Positions 1 through 9,562 of a DNA stretch of 64,000 bases are shown piece by piece (the first letter of the stretch is position 1; every line of letters starts with the position of its first letter). The stretch is taken from the NCBI GenBank assembly GCA_039978835.1, contig JBDWAQ010000005.1, positions 586,631-650,630 of the forward strand, written 5' to 3'. The stretch is from Parasphingorhabdus sp. (GTDB taxonomy: Bacteria; Pseudomonadota; Alphaproteobacteria; Sphingomonadales; Sphingomonadaceae). A program made the translations under genes and the position numbers. The notes under the pieces were generated by a model. That model did no database searches, was not told where the DNA came from, and was given only the letters and a program-made list of their open reading frames with translations.

Positions 1-1
1 T

Positions 2-661
2 GGGGAAAGCGAATATGCAAAGGACAGCAAAACCTACCATCCGAAATCCTATGTCGCTGATATCATCAAATTGATGGATGAATTGGATATCCCAAAAGCA
101 ATTTTCTTGGGGACATCTTTGGGCGGGATCGTGACAATGGTATTGGCGGCTTCCCATCCGTCGCGTGTGGCCGGAGCCATGTTAAATGATATCGGACCCG
201 AAGTTGATCCAAAGGGACTTGAACGCATCGGCAACTATGTTGGGCAGGGACGTAGTTTTGAAACATGGGCGCATGCAGCGCGTGATATGGCGTCGACGAG
301 TAACGACATATTTCCGGATTACAGTTTGAATGACTGGATAGCTTTTTCGAAAAAACTGTACCGAATGAATAGCTCCGGTCGCATCAAACTAGATTACGAT
401 TTGAAAATTGCAGAGCCATTTGATTCCAAGGGTGGTGGCAGTGCCGCTCTGTGGAAGGCGTTAGAAGCATTGAAAAATAGCCCGACTCTATTGCTGCGAG
501 GAGAATTGTCGGATTTGTTTAGCGATGAAACTGCCGCAAAGATGTTGGAAGTGCTTGATGATGGTGAATTGGCAATCATTCCAAAAGTGGGCCACGCTCC
601 AACGTTGGAGGAGCCCGTTGCACTCGAAGCGATATCGGGTTTTCTAGAACGGATGGCTTGA
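2..661 (+). CDS. Alpha/beta-fold hydrolase, 5'-partial (frame open to the window edge)
   Basis: Nucleophile motif GTSLGG and C-terminal GHAP His motif. The frame is open from base 2 (GESEYAKDSKTY...), upstream of the ORF-track start at 71. Confidence 0.85.
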   Translation, partial: GESEYAKDSKTYHPKSYVADIIKLMDELDIPKAIFLGTSLGGIVTMVLAASHPSRVAGAMLNDIGPEVDPKGLERIGNYVGQGRSFETWAHAARDMASTSNDIFPDYSLNDWIAFSKKLYRMNSSGRIKLDYDLKIAEPFDSKGGGSAALWKALEALKNSPTLLLRGELSDLFSDETAAKMLEVLDDGELAIIPKVGHAPTLEEPVALEAISGFLERMA

Positions 662-1800
662 TGAAACCATCTAAAATTCTCCATCTGCACAGTACCTTTA
701 ACCTCGGCGGAAAAGAGGCGAGGGCGGTACGCCTGATGAATCATTTCGGTGATAAGGCAGAGCATATAATTTTGTCTGCCGAACCAGAGCAATTGTCTGC
801 GCGCGAAGCGTTGGACAAGAGCATCAAGGTGGACTTTCCAAAAGGTGCACCGTCGTTGGCAGGCAAGCCGTCACTCGGCCGCTACCGAGAATTTGTTGAA
901 TATTTCCGGCAGTTTGACTTGATCCTATCATACAATTGGGGTTCGATGGATGGTGTGATGGCCCGTACGCTGTTCGCGCGGGTTGGAGGCTTACCCCCGC
1001 TGATCCATCATGAAGATGGGTTTAATGAGGATGAACGTGAAAAACTGAACTGGAAACGGAATCTATTTCGCAAATTTGCGCTGGGCGGCAGTATGGCATT
1101 GGTTGTCCCGTCCATTCGATTGGAGGATATCGGGAAAAATATCTGGAAACAGCCGGCAAGTAAAATACAGCGTATTCCCAATGGCATAGATGTTAAGCGG
1201 TTTGAGAAGAAACCACAGCGGGGATCAATCCCTGGATTCAAGAAAGCCGATGACGAACTTGTTGTAGGAACGATTGCTGGATTGCGAACGATTAAGAACT
1301 TGCCACGGCTTGTCCGTGCCGCCGCCGCTGGCGGTGATAAGGTAAAGTTAGTAATCGTCGGGGAGGGACCAGAGAAAGAGAATATCTTAGCGGAGGCAGA
1401 AAAGCATGGCATGTCGGATCGACTGCTGATGCCGGGTTTCCTTCCTGACCCCGCCCGTTATGCCGGACTTTTTGATGTATTTGCTCTCTCTTCCGATAGT
1501 GAGCAATTTCCCATCTCGCTGATTGAGGCAATGGCTGCTGGGTGCCCAGTAGTGGCGACCGACGTGGGCGATGTAAAATCCATGGTGTCACAGCCCAATC
1601 AGGGCTTCATAAAGTCGCCATCAAATGAAAAACAGTTTGCAGAAGCTCTGGTGACACTGGTTCAGCATAAACAACTACGCGAAGATATAGGCGCGCAAAA
1701 CAAGATGAAGGCGCAGGCAGAGTATAACGAAAGCAAAATGCTTGGTCGCTATGCACAATTGTACGGACATGCTCTAGGCCGGAGTGATTTGGGAGTCTAA
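661..1800 (+). CDS. Glycosyltransferase family 4 (GT-B)
   Basis: IPNGID motif and the GT4 signature SEQFPISLIEAMAAGCPVVATDVG. Start overlaps the upstream stop (TGATG). Confidence 0.88.
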   Translation: MKPSKILHLHSTFNLGGKEARAVRLMNHFGDKAEHIILSAEPEQLSAREALDKSIKVDFPKGAPSLAGKPSLGRYREFVEYFRQFDLILSYNWGSMDGVMARTLFARVGGLPPLIHHEDGFNEDEREKLNWKRNLFRKFALGGSMALVVPSIRLEDIGKNIWKQPASKIQRIPNGIDVKRFEKKPQRGSIPGFKKADDELVVGTIAGLRTIKNLPRLVRAAAAGGDKVKLVIVGEGPEKENILAEAEKHGMSDRLLMPGFLPDPARYAGLFDVFALSSDSEQFPISLIEAMAAGCPVVATDVGDVKSMVSQPNQGFIKSPSNEKQFAEALVTLVQHKQLREDIGAQNKMKAQAEYNESKMLGRYAQLYGHALGRSDLGV

Positions 1801-1890
1801 AAGAGTGGGACGCACCCAAGGTTCGTTTTTTTGGAGATTTTTCGAAATAGAGTGCCTATAGCGGCGCCAAGGGGAACGCAGGAGATTTCA

Positions 1891-3294
1891 TTGTTTAAGG
1901 GTTTAAAACCCATCCAATATGGCGGTCGCGAAGTTTGGCCGTTAATTGAGGGTGGAAAAGGGGTCGCTGCAACCAATCATGCCAGCTCAGGAGCCTGGGC
2001 TGCCGCGGGCGGAATCGGAACGGTTTCAGCTGTAAATGCGGATAGCTATGATGAAGATGGCAACGTCATTCCGCAGATATATCATGGCCGGAAGCGCGAA
2101 GAACGGCATGAGGAATTGGTGCAATATGGCATTGATGGAGCAGTAACGCAGGTTACCAAGGCCTATGAAATCGCCAATGGAAAAGGCGCTATCAACATCA
2201 ACGTCCTATGGGAAATGGGCGGTGCAGAACAGATTTTGCACGGTGTTTTGGAGCAAACCAAAGGCATGATTGCCGGTGTTACATGTGGGGCTGGAATGCC
2301 TTACAAACTTGCCGAGATTGCCAAGCAATATGGCGTCAATTACTTGCCTATTATCAGTTCAGCCCGAGCCTTTAGAGCGCTCTGGAAGAGATCTTATAAG
2401 AAGGTGCCTGAACTGATGGCTGCCGTGGTCTATGAAGACCCTTGGTTGGCTGGCGGACATAATGGTCTCTCCAATGCCGAAGATCCGTTAATGCCCGAGG
2501 ATCCTTACCCGCGCGTCAAAGCTTTGCGGGATGTTATGCGAGGGGAAGGTATATCGGATGATGTTCCTATCATCATGGCAGGTGGTGTTTGGCACTTGCG
2601 TGATTGGGAAAACTGGATCGATAGCGAAGAACTTGGTCAAATCGCTTTCCAATTTGGAACGCGACCATTGTTGACTAAGGAAAGTCCAATTCCGGAGAGC
2701 TGGAAGAGTGAGTTGATCAAGATTAATGAAGGCGATGTTCTGCTTCATAAATTTTCACCAACTGGTTTTTATTCATCTGCAGTACGCAACGAGTTTTTGC
2801 GTAGCTTGGAAGCTCGGTCAGAGCGCCAAATTCCTTACTCAACTGAAAAAGATGAACAGCATACACACCAACTTGATGTTGGGGTGAAGGGTAAGAATTT
2901 TTGGGTAACGCGAAACGATCTTTTGCGCGCCCGTGAATGGCATGGTCTAGGTTTTACCATGGCGATGAAAACGCCAGATAGCTCCGTGATTTTCGCAACA
3001 CCGGAAGAGGCAAAAATGGTTCGCAAGGATCAGGCCGACTGCATGGGTTGCCTGTCACATTGCGGCTTTTCGTCGTGGAAAGATCATGACAATAACAGCA
3101 CAGGTCGATTGGCCGATCCCCGTAGTTTCTGCATCCAAAAAAGCTTGCAGGAAATTGTGCACGGAGCTCCGGTAGAAGAACATTTGATGTTCGCGGGTCA
3201 TGGTGCCTATAATTTTGGCAAAGACCCCTTCTATTCCAACGGCTTTGTTCCGACAGTGAAGCAATTGGTTGATCGCATACTGACTGGCGATTGA
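1891..3294 (+). CDS. NAD(P)H-dependent flavin oxidoreductase, nitronate monooxygenase family
   Basis: PLIEGGKG, GAGMP, AGGHNG, MAGGV and FGTRPL FMN TIM-barrel motifs. TTG start with GGAG at 1881. Confidence 0.8.
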   Translation: MFKGLKPIQYGGREVWPLIEGGKGVAATNHASSGAWAAAGGIGTVSAVNADSYDEDGNVIPQIYHGRKREERHEELVQYGIDGAVTQVTKAYEIANGKGAININVLWEMGGAEQILHGVLEQTKGMIAGVTCGAGMPYKLAEIAKQYGVNYLPIISSARAFRALWKRSYKKVPELMAAVVYEDPWLAGGHNGLSNAEDPLMPEDPYPRVKALRDVMRGEGISDDVPIIMAGGVWHLRDWENWIDSEELGQIAFQFGTRPLLTKESPIPESWKSELIKINEGDVLLHKFSPTGFYSSAVRNEFLRSLEARSERQIPYSTEKDEQHTHQLDVGVKGKNFWVTRNDLLRAREWHGLGFTMAMKTPDSSVIFATPEEAKMVRKDQADCMGCLSHCGFSSWKDHDNNSTGRLADPRSFCIQKSLQEIVHGAPVEEHLMFAGHGAYNFGKDPFYSNGFVPTVKQLVDRILTGD

Positions 3295-3339
3295 ATTCAA
3301 GCGAATATTAACAGTTCCTTTCCTTTTGAACGTTACAGT

Positions 3340-3690
3340 TTGACGGAATTGGGGATTATTGTGGCTTTGAAATCGACACGATATCAAAAGGTAAAACCGG
3401 CGGCGCTAAACCGTCGCGCGATGGCGCGTCACCAAGTCAATGTTACCGGCTCTTTTGTGAAACGCAGCCAGAAAAACAAAATCCAAGCAACCATATTGGA
3501 CGTTTCGATATATGGCTGTAAATTGGCCCTCGACGCCATTTTACCGGAGGGCGAGGTGATCCAGATACAGATTGCTGATACAGATACAGTGGATGCTACC
3601 ATTGTATGGCAAAAGGCCCGGGAGGTTGGTTGCCGGTTCGCCGATGCGATTTCTCCACAAAAAATGAAAGCACTCACACCTTCAAGTTAA
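3340..3690 (+). CDS. PilZ-domain protein
   Basis: RxxxR (RAMAR) and DxSxxG (DVSIYG) c-di-GMP-binding motifs, and C-terminal VGCRF. Start uncertain. Confidence 0.75.
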   Translation: MTELGIIVALKSTRYQKVKPAALNRRAMARHQVNVTGSFVKRSQKNKIQATILDVSIYGCKLALDAILPEGEVIQIQIADTDTVDATIVWQKAREVGCRFADAISPQKMKALTPSS

Positions 3691-3766
3691 CCTGGCAGGT
3701 AATTGCATCTTTCAGTTGTTTCCCCCTACTGTGAACAACCATGATATAGGTTGCGTGGAGGGGAAA

Positions 3767-4123
3767 ATGCTGGAGCGAGTTTGTTGGGTAGTACTGGCGT
3801 TGATTCATCTATCGCCATTTGCGGCCTTCTTTGCGCCAACGATGATCACTCGCTTATACTCTGTTGAAACAGGCGATCCAAGTTTCGCGATATTGCATCA
3901 TCGGGCGGCGTTGTTTGGTTTGATTGTCATCGCATGCCTCTGGGCAGTTTTCGATCCGAATGTCCGGAAATTGGCCGTAGTTTTAACCTCCCTATCAATG
4001 TTCAGTTTTCTGTTAATCTACATGGCCTACGGACAACCGCTGCCGCTCAAAGCAATAGCGATTGTCGACATTTTAGGGTTACCCTTTTTGGCTCTTGTCG
4101 CCTGGAAAGCTTTTAGTGTTTAA
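3767..4123 (+). CDS. Small membrane protein, function unknown
   Basis: About 4 hydrophobic segments. ATG preceded by GGAGGGG. Confidence 0.6.
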   Translation: MLERVCWVVLALIHLSPFAAFFAPTMITRLYSVETGDPSFAILHHRAALFGLIVIACLWAVFDPNVRKLAVVLTSLSMFSFLLIYMAYGQPLPLKAIAIVDILGLPFLALVAWKAFSV

Positions 4124-5433
4124 TCCAAATCCCAAGCGCGTTCGCCATGGTTAGCAATGTCTAAACCATCGCGTTCATCATCTTCACTAACCCGCATGGG
4201 CAGTATGAAGCTGATACCGAAACCAAGTAGGAAAGTTGCGAATGCGGACCAGAGTGCAACTGTTGCCACACCGATTAACTGGGCCACAAACTGGCTGCCA
4301 AAGGCCATGTTTTCGGCATAGCCTGTTCCACCAAATCCTTCGCTGATGAAAAGAGCCAAAAGCAATGATCCCAGTATTCCGCCGATTCCGTGAACAGCAA
4401 ATACATCGAGGCTATCATCGATCCCAAAACCATTTTTAACCAGACCCACTGCGAAGAAGCAGACCAACCCGGCCAAAGCGCCAATAATGATGGACGCTCC
4501 CGGGCCCACAAAACCAGCCGCTGGCGTGATAGTCGCTAGACCTGAAATTGCACCGGTTGCAATACCGATTGCTGTGGATTTCCCGACCTTTATTTTCTCT
4601 ATAACTATCCACATCAGAGCCGCCATTGATGCGGCGATATGCGTGTTGATTATCGCCTGTGAAGCGTCATCGGTGGCTGTTAATGCTGAGCCACCATTAA
4701 ATCCAAACCAGCCAACCCAAAGCAAGCCGGCACCGGCTACGGTGAGAGCAGGGCTATGCGGCAACATAAGTGTCTTCGGCCAGCCTATCCGCTTGCCTAG
4801 CATGATAGCCACTACCAAAGCGGATACGCCAGCTGTCGTGTGCACTACGATACCGCCGGCAAAATCTAGCACACCCAGTCCGGATAGCCAGCCTCCGCCC
4901 CAAACCCAATGGGTGACCGGAGCATAAACGACGAGCAACCATAATGCTGAAAAAGCGACGACCCAACCAAAGCGCGCCCGTTCAACCCAAGCACCGACCA
5001 TAAGCGCGGGGGTAATGACTGCAAAAGTCATCTGGAACATCGCGAATGTTGATTCCGGAATAGTAGTGGATTCGCGCACATTGCCGAGATTGAGGAACAT
5101 CCAGTTCAGGCCACCGCCTAAAAATCCGTTGGTTACGGGACCGAATGCCAGCGTATAGCCCACAATGACCCAGAGTATGGAGCAGATTCCGCCAACTGCC
5201 ATGCATTGGATGAGAACGGACAGAAAGTTTTTGGATCGGACCAGACCGCCATAGAACAGCGCGAGGCCGGGGAGGGTCATCAGTAATACCAACGCGGTTG
5301 CGGTAATAATCCAAGCTGTGTCACCGCTATCATTGACGGCTGCTGTTGGATCAATCACATCCTGAGCAAGTGCTGGTGTGGCCAATAAAAAAGTCACGAG
5401 CATAGCGCTCAGATATTTGCTCAATTTATTCAT
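4120..5433 (-). CDS. amtB: Ammonium transporter
   Basis: Signal peptide, DFAGGIVVH, WVGWFGFNGGS and DDSLDVFAVHG motifs. Confidence 0.95.
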   Translation of the reverse strand: MNKLSKYLSAMLVTFLLATPALAQDVIDPTAAVNDSGDTAWIITATALVLLMTLPGLALFYGGLVRSKNFLSVLIQCMAVGGICSILWVIVGYTLAFGPVTNGFLGGGLNWMFLNLGNVRESTTIPESTFAMFQMTFAVITPALMVGAWVERARFGWVVAFSALWLLVVYAPVTHWVWGGGWLSGLGVLDFAGGIVVHTTAGVSALVVAIMLGKRIGWPKTLMLPHSPALTVAGAGLLWVGWFGFNGGSALTATDDASQAIINTHIAASMAALMWIVIEKIKVGKSTAIGIATGAISGLATITPAAGFVGPGASIIIGALAGLVCFFAVGLVKNGFGIDDSLDVFAVHGIGGILGSLLLALFISEGFGGTGYAENMAFGSQFVAQLIGVATVALWSAFATFLLGFGISFILPMRVSEDDERDGLDIANHGERAWDLD

Positions 5434-5502
5434 GATCTTCCCCGAAGAATCCTAGATGGGCAGTTAACTAGTCGAGAGAATTGGTTGGTTCAACTAATAT
5501 AC

Positions 5503-6501
5503 TTAGGCCCAGCCTTCCAACACTTGATCCGGAGGACGGTGACCATCGGCCCACACGCGAATATTGGCTATTACACGTTCGCCCGAAGCTTCGCGCCCCT
5601 CAAACGTTGCACTGCCCATATGAGGCAGGAGGACCGTATTTTTGAGATCCAGAAATCTCGCGTCAACATTGGGTTCTTGTTGATAAACATCTAGTCCTGC
5701 GCCGCCAATTTTCTCTTCTTGAAGCGCATTAATCAAAGCATCCTCGTCGATCAGATCCCCGCGCGCTGTATTGATCAAATAAGCGGACGGTTTCATCGCT
5801 GCTATTCGCCCTGAATTGATCATCTCATGGGTTTCTTCGGTATGCGGGCAATGCAATGAAATAATATCGCATTCCCGGATCAATGTATCGAGATCTTCAA
5901 TATAGTTTGCGTTGAGTGATTCCTCCACAGCCGGGGGTAACTGTCTGCGGTTATGATAGCATATCGACATGCCAAATCCGGATGCGCGGCGAGCAACGGC
6001 CTGGCCAATGCGACCCATGCCAACAATGCCCAATTTTTTGCCGCCTATACAATGTCCCAACATTCCGCCAGGACGCCAGCCAGTCCACTTTCCGGATCGC
6101 ATAATTTTTTCACCTTGGGCCAACCGACGGGGAACAGAGAGGATCAACGCCATGGTCATATCGGCGGTATCTTCGGTAAATACGCCCGGTGTATTGGTAA
6201 CCAATATCTTCTTGGCTCTAGCTGCAGCAAGATCAATATGATCCACACCTGCGCCAAAGCTTGCAATTAATTTTAGCCGATCCGGCGCTTGTTCGATCAT
6301 TTCAGCGTCGATCTGATCTGTAACGGTTGGAACCAGCACGTCGCAGTCTGCCATCGCTGCGATCAGTTCCGCCCTAGAAAACTCTTTGTCTTTATAGTTC
6401 GGAACAGCATCGAAAAGTTCGCACATACGATCCTGATTGCTGTCAGCCAGTTCACGTGTGATGATAACGCGGGGTTGTGTGGGACGTTCATATTCAGCCA
6501 T
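5503..6501 (-). CDS. D-isomer-specific 2-hydroxyacid dehydrogenase (glyoxylate reductase/D-glycerate dehydrogenase-like)
   Basis: GIVGMGRIG, INTARG, LDVYQQEP and LLPHMGSAT motifs. Confidence 0.9.
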   Translation of the reverse strand: MAEYERPTQPRVIITRELADSNQDRMCELFDAVPNYKDKEFSRAELIAAMADCDVLVPTVTDQIDAEMIEQAPDRLKLIASFGAGVDHIDLAAARAKKILVTNTPGVFTEDTADMTMALILSVPRRLAQGEKIMRSGKWTGWRPGGMLGHCIGGKKLGIVGMGRIGQAVARRASGFGMSICYHNRRQLPPAVEESLNANYIEDLDTLIRECDIISLHCPHTEETHEMINSGRIAAMKPSAYLINTARGDLIDEDALINALQEEKIGGAGLDVYQQEPNVDARFLDLKNTVLLPHMGSATFEGREASGERVIANIRVWADGHRPPDQVLEGWA

Positions 6502-6603
6502 AGCGCAACGCTATGCCCGAAAATTTTGACAGGTCAAGCAGGCGGGCCTTGATGAAGAATCCCTTTTCAGTTTAAGAGCAAATTGTCGGGGGACAGTTTG
6601 AGT

Positions 6604-7077
6604 ATGACCATGCGCATTATAATAGCCTTTACTCTTGGTTCGATGGTCGTTTCGCCTGCTTTGGCGCAGCGTGAACCGCCCTATTGGGGCTCGATAGACG
6701 AACCAGAGGCCAGAATGCGCACCGGCCCAAGCACCGAGTATCCCACAATGTGGATATACAAACGTGAACGGATGCCAGTCAAAATACTGGCTCGATACAA
6801 GGCTTGGCGTAAAATTGAGGATGTTGATGGTGTGCAAGGATGGATGCATGCGCGGCTTCTGAGTGCGAGCAGAACAGCATTGGTGCAAGGTGAGGCCGAA
6901 AAGGTACTTGTTCTGAGATCAAACCCTAGTGGTGATGCCAAAGTGACCTGGCGCGTTCAACCCGGGGTGCTGGGTAACATTAGCCAGTGTCAAAGCGGCT
7001 GGTGCCTGTTCGACGTTACCGGTCGCCAGGGGTATATTAAATTTGATCAGATTTGGGGTGAAGAGGCACTGAAGTGA
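6604..7077 (+). CDS. Secreted bacterial SH3-domain protein
   Basis: Signal peptide, then RMRTGPSTEYP and WRKIEDVDGVQGWMH, with a second SH3-like repeat. Confidence 0.8.
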   Translation: MTMRIIIAFTLGSMVVSPALAQREPPYWGSIDEPEARMRTGPSTEYPTMWIYKRERMPVKILARYKAWRKIEDVDGVQGWMHARLLSASRTALVQGEAEKVLVLRSNPSGDAKVTWRVQPGVLGNISQCQSGWCLFDVTGRQGYIKFDQIWGEEALK

Positions 7078-7091
7078 CAAGTGCTTTGGCG

Positions 7092-8282
7092 TTAGTCCGC
7101 CAATTCAACCGCAACCGCCGTTGCTTCGCCGCCACCAATGCACAATGCTGCTACGCCCTTTTTTAGACCGCGTTTCTTAAGAGCAGCAACCAATGTAACC
7201 ATTATCCGCGCACCACTGGCGCCGATGGGATGGCCGAGCGCCGTCGCACCGCCATTTACGTTCAATTTGTCGCGGGTGATGCCAATATCCTGCATCGCAA
7301 ACATGGCAACACAGGCAAATGCTTCGTTTACTTCCCAAAGGTCTACGTCGCCAACTTCCCATCCTGCATTTTTAAGAACCTTTTGAATGGCCGAAACGGG
7401 AGCAGTGGTGAATTTAGCTGGTGCATGAGCATGCGCGGCATGCGCAACAATTTTTGCAACTGGCTTTAGGCCTTTTTCTTCCGCAACGCTGGAACGGGAA
7501 AGTACCATCGCAGCGGCACCATCGGAAATCGACGAAGCATTGGCAGCTGTAATGGTACCGTCTTTAGCAAAAGCAGGTCGCAATTGTGGTATTTTATCCG
7601 GACGTCCTTTGAGAGGTTGTTCATCTTTGTCGACAGTCACGGTGCCTTTTCGGGTTTTTACTTCGACTGCAACAACCTCATCGTCGAACGCATCGCCTTC
7701 TACAGCGGCCTTTGCCCGGGCTAGCGATTCGATTGCATATTCATCCTGCGCTTCGCGGGTCAATTGATATTCGCCGGCCGTTTCTTCGGCAAAGCTTCCC
7801 ATTGCGCGACCTGGCTCATAAGCATCTTCCAAGCCGTCGAGGAACATATGGTCCTTTACTTCAGCGTGGCCCAACCGCGCGCCACCGCGCATCTTTGGTA
7901 ACAAATATGGAGCATTGGTCATGCTTTCCATGCCGCCTGTGACGATCATATCAACTGAACCCGCGGCAAGGGCTTCTGCACCCATGATGGCGGTCTGCAT
8001 GCCCGACCCGCACATTTTGTTCACGGTGGTAGCTTCCACTGATTGCGGCAAGCCGCCCAATATGGCTGCCTGACGGGCAGGGGCTTGTCCCTGACCGGCT
8101 GACAGTACGTTGCCCATATAAATGCGCTCAACATCTCCACCATCGATGCCCGCGCGTTCGACCGCAGCTCTGACCGCGGTCGCGCCCAAATCTGACGCGC
8201 TCACTTCACCAAGCGTTCCTTGCATGCCGCCCATAGGAGTGCGAGCGTATGAAAGAATGACAATGGGATCGGGGTTAGACAT
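7092..8282 (-). CDS. Acetyl-CoA C-acyltransferase (thiolase)
   Basis: NKMCGSG, NEAF, GHPIGASG and CIGGG motifs. Start set at MSNPDPIV (8282), not the longer ORF-track start. Confidence 0.93.
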   Translation of the reverse strand: MSNPDPIVILSYARTPMGGMQGTLGEVSASDLGATAVRAAVERAGIDGGDVERIYMGNVLSAGQGQAPARQAAILGGLPQSVEATTVNKMCGSGMQTAIMGAEALAAGSVDMIVTGGMESMTNAPYLLPKMRGGARLGHAEVKDHMFLDGLEDAYEPGRAMGSFAEETAGEYQLTREAQDEYAIESLARAKAAVEGDAFDDEVVAVEVKTRKGTVTVDKDEQPLKGRPDKIPQLRPAFAKDGTITAANASSISDGAAAMVLSRSSVAEEKGLKPVAKIVAHAAHAHAPAKFTTAPVSAIQKVLKNAGWEVGDVDLWEVNEAFACVAMFAMQDIGITRDKLNVNGGATALGHPIGASGARIMVTLVAALKKRGLKKGVAALCIGGGEATAVAVELAD

Positions 8283-8411
8283 GGGAGTGGCCTTTCTTTT
8301 TTCGCTTGTTGCGAAATCTGATTTATCTTTGGCGCAGACATAGGGGCGGCTGCTCCAGTTTTCAATCGCGAGATTGCACAGAATGGTTGCGCGTGGCAAA
8401 TCTGAAAAACC

Positions 8412-9191
8412 ATGATTCTCGATGTTGACCTGCCATTTTTTGCTTTACCGATAGCAGGAGCGATCCTGGGTTTGATTGTTGGTAGTTTTTTAGCAACGTT
8501 GGCGGTGCGTTGGCCGCAAGGGCAATCTGTCATGAAGGGTCGTTCAAAATGCGATGCGTGTGACCGGCAACTTGGTTCCTTGGAATTGATTCCCATTATC
8601 AGCTGTGTTTGGCAGAGAGGCAAATGCGTGAAGTGTGGGGTACCCATAAACAAACGCCATTTGGCTGTTGAACTTACAGCAGGCTTAATCGGTGGATTGG
8701 CTCTGATAGTTGCCCCTGATGCAGTCGGATTGACGGGCGCTGTTTTCGGATGGATACTGCTGACCTTGGCAATGCTCGACATAGATCATTATTGGTTGCC
8801 GGACAGATTAACCGCTTTGTTAGCGGCGCTGGGGTTACTGTCTGTACTCATTGTGGAACAGCCAACGGTAGTGGATCGCCTGCTCGGCGGTTTAATTGGT
8901 TATTTTTCGTTGCTTTTGATTGCGATAGTTTATCGTACAATCCGAGGACGAGACGGGCTTGGCGGTGGCGACCCCAAGATGTTGGGAGCAATTGGGTTGT
9001 GGCTCGGGTGGCAGTATTTGCCGTTCATTCTATTAGGTGCATCAATCATTGGGTTAGTAATTGCAATCGTGCTCAAGTCGAGAAACCAACCTGTTGGGTT
9101 GGAGAGTCAATTTCCATTGGGTAGTTTGATGGCGATAGCAGCATTTCCAATCTGGCTAATCCATTCGGCAGGCGTGAATCTTCTGGGCTAG
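8412..9191 (+). CDS. Prepilin peptidase, A24 family (PilD-like)
   Basis: N-terminal CxxC...CxxC zinc site (CDAC, CVKC), DIDHYWLPD and GLGGGDPK aspartate motifs. Confidence 0.9.
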   Translation: MILDVDLPFFALPIAGAILGLIVGSFLATLAVRWPQGQSVMKGRSKCDACDRQLGSLELIPIISCVWQRGKCVKCGVPINKRHLAVELTAGLIGGLALIVAPDAVGLTGAVFGWILLTLAMLDIDHYWLPDRLTALLAALGLLSVLIVEQPTVVDRLLGGLIGYFSLLLIAIVYRTIRGRDGLGGGDPKMLGAIGLWLGWQYLPFILLGASIIGLVIAIVLKSRNQPVGLESQFPLGSLMAIAAFPIWLIHSAGVNLLG

Positions 9192-9212
9192 CTGACAACC
9201 TTCTAAAAACCA

Positions 9213-9241
9213 TTGCCAGCCCGCAACCAAGTCGCTAACAG
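9213..9241 (+). promoter_or_regulatory. Putative sigma70 promoter of the host tRNA-Leu
   Basis: TTGCCA (9213-9218), 17 nt, then TAACAG within GCTAACAG, about 45 nt upstream of the tRNA 5' end. Confidence 0.45.
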
Positions 9242-9285
9242 AGCGGCGTTTTGATGGTCGCTAGATAGCGACCTAGTCAATAAGT

Positions 9286-9324
9286 GCCCCTGTGGTGGAA
9301 TTGGTAGACGCGCTCGACTCAAAA
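9286..9324 (+). pseudogene. 5' half of host tRNA-Leu(CAA), ending at the anticodon loop (attL)
   Basis: GCCCCTGTGGTGGAATTGGTAGACGCGCTCGACTCAAAA is followed by non-tRNA sequence (GGTTGAGTATAT). It pairs exactly with the 3' half at 63730-63783. Confidence 0.92.
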
Positions 9325-9408
9325 GGTTGAGTATATAAGGAGGAACGAGACTAAAGCATTTCCGAATTACATTTAAAAACAATGACTTAGTGAAGCATGC
9401 AGGGCGAT

Positions 9409-9440
9409 TTGACATATACGCGCCCGACAATGTGTAGATC
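9409..9440 (+). promoter_or_regulatory. Possible island-borne promoter for the internal tRNA-Leu
   Basis: Consensus TTGACA at 9409-9414. The -10 candidate (GTAGAT, about 9434-9439) has non-ideal spacing. Confidence 0.3.
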
Positions 9441-9477
9441 GAAGTTGGGCGCGGCTAAGGTGGTCACGTCATGATGT

Positions 9478-9562
9478 GCGGGCGTGGTGGAATTGGTAGA
9501 CGCGCGGGATTCAAAATCCCGTTCCGCAAGGAGTGTGGGTTCGATTCCCACCGCCCGCACCA
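9478..9562 (+). tRNA. Complete island-borne tRNA-Leu(CAA), copy A
   Basis: 85 nt. Acceptor GCGGGCG/CGCCCGC, anticodon stem CGGGA/TCCCG with loop TTCAAAA (CAA at 9512-9514), variable arm TCC-GCAA-GGA, T arm GTGGG-TTCGATT-CCCAC, encoded ACCA. Confidence 0.95.

Noticed and set aside
4120-5433. amtB without an adjacent glnK
   Set aside because: Stand-alone amtB paralogs are common, and this one is in the core flank.
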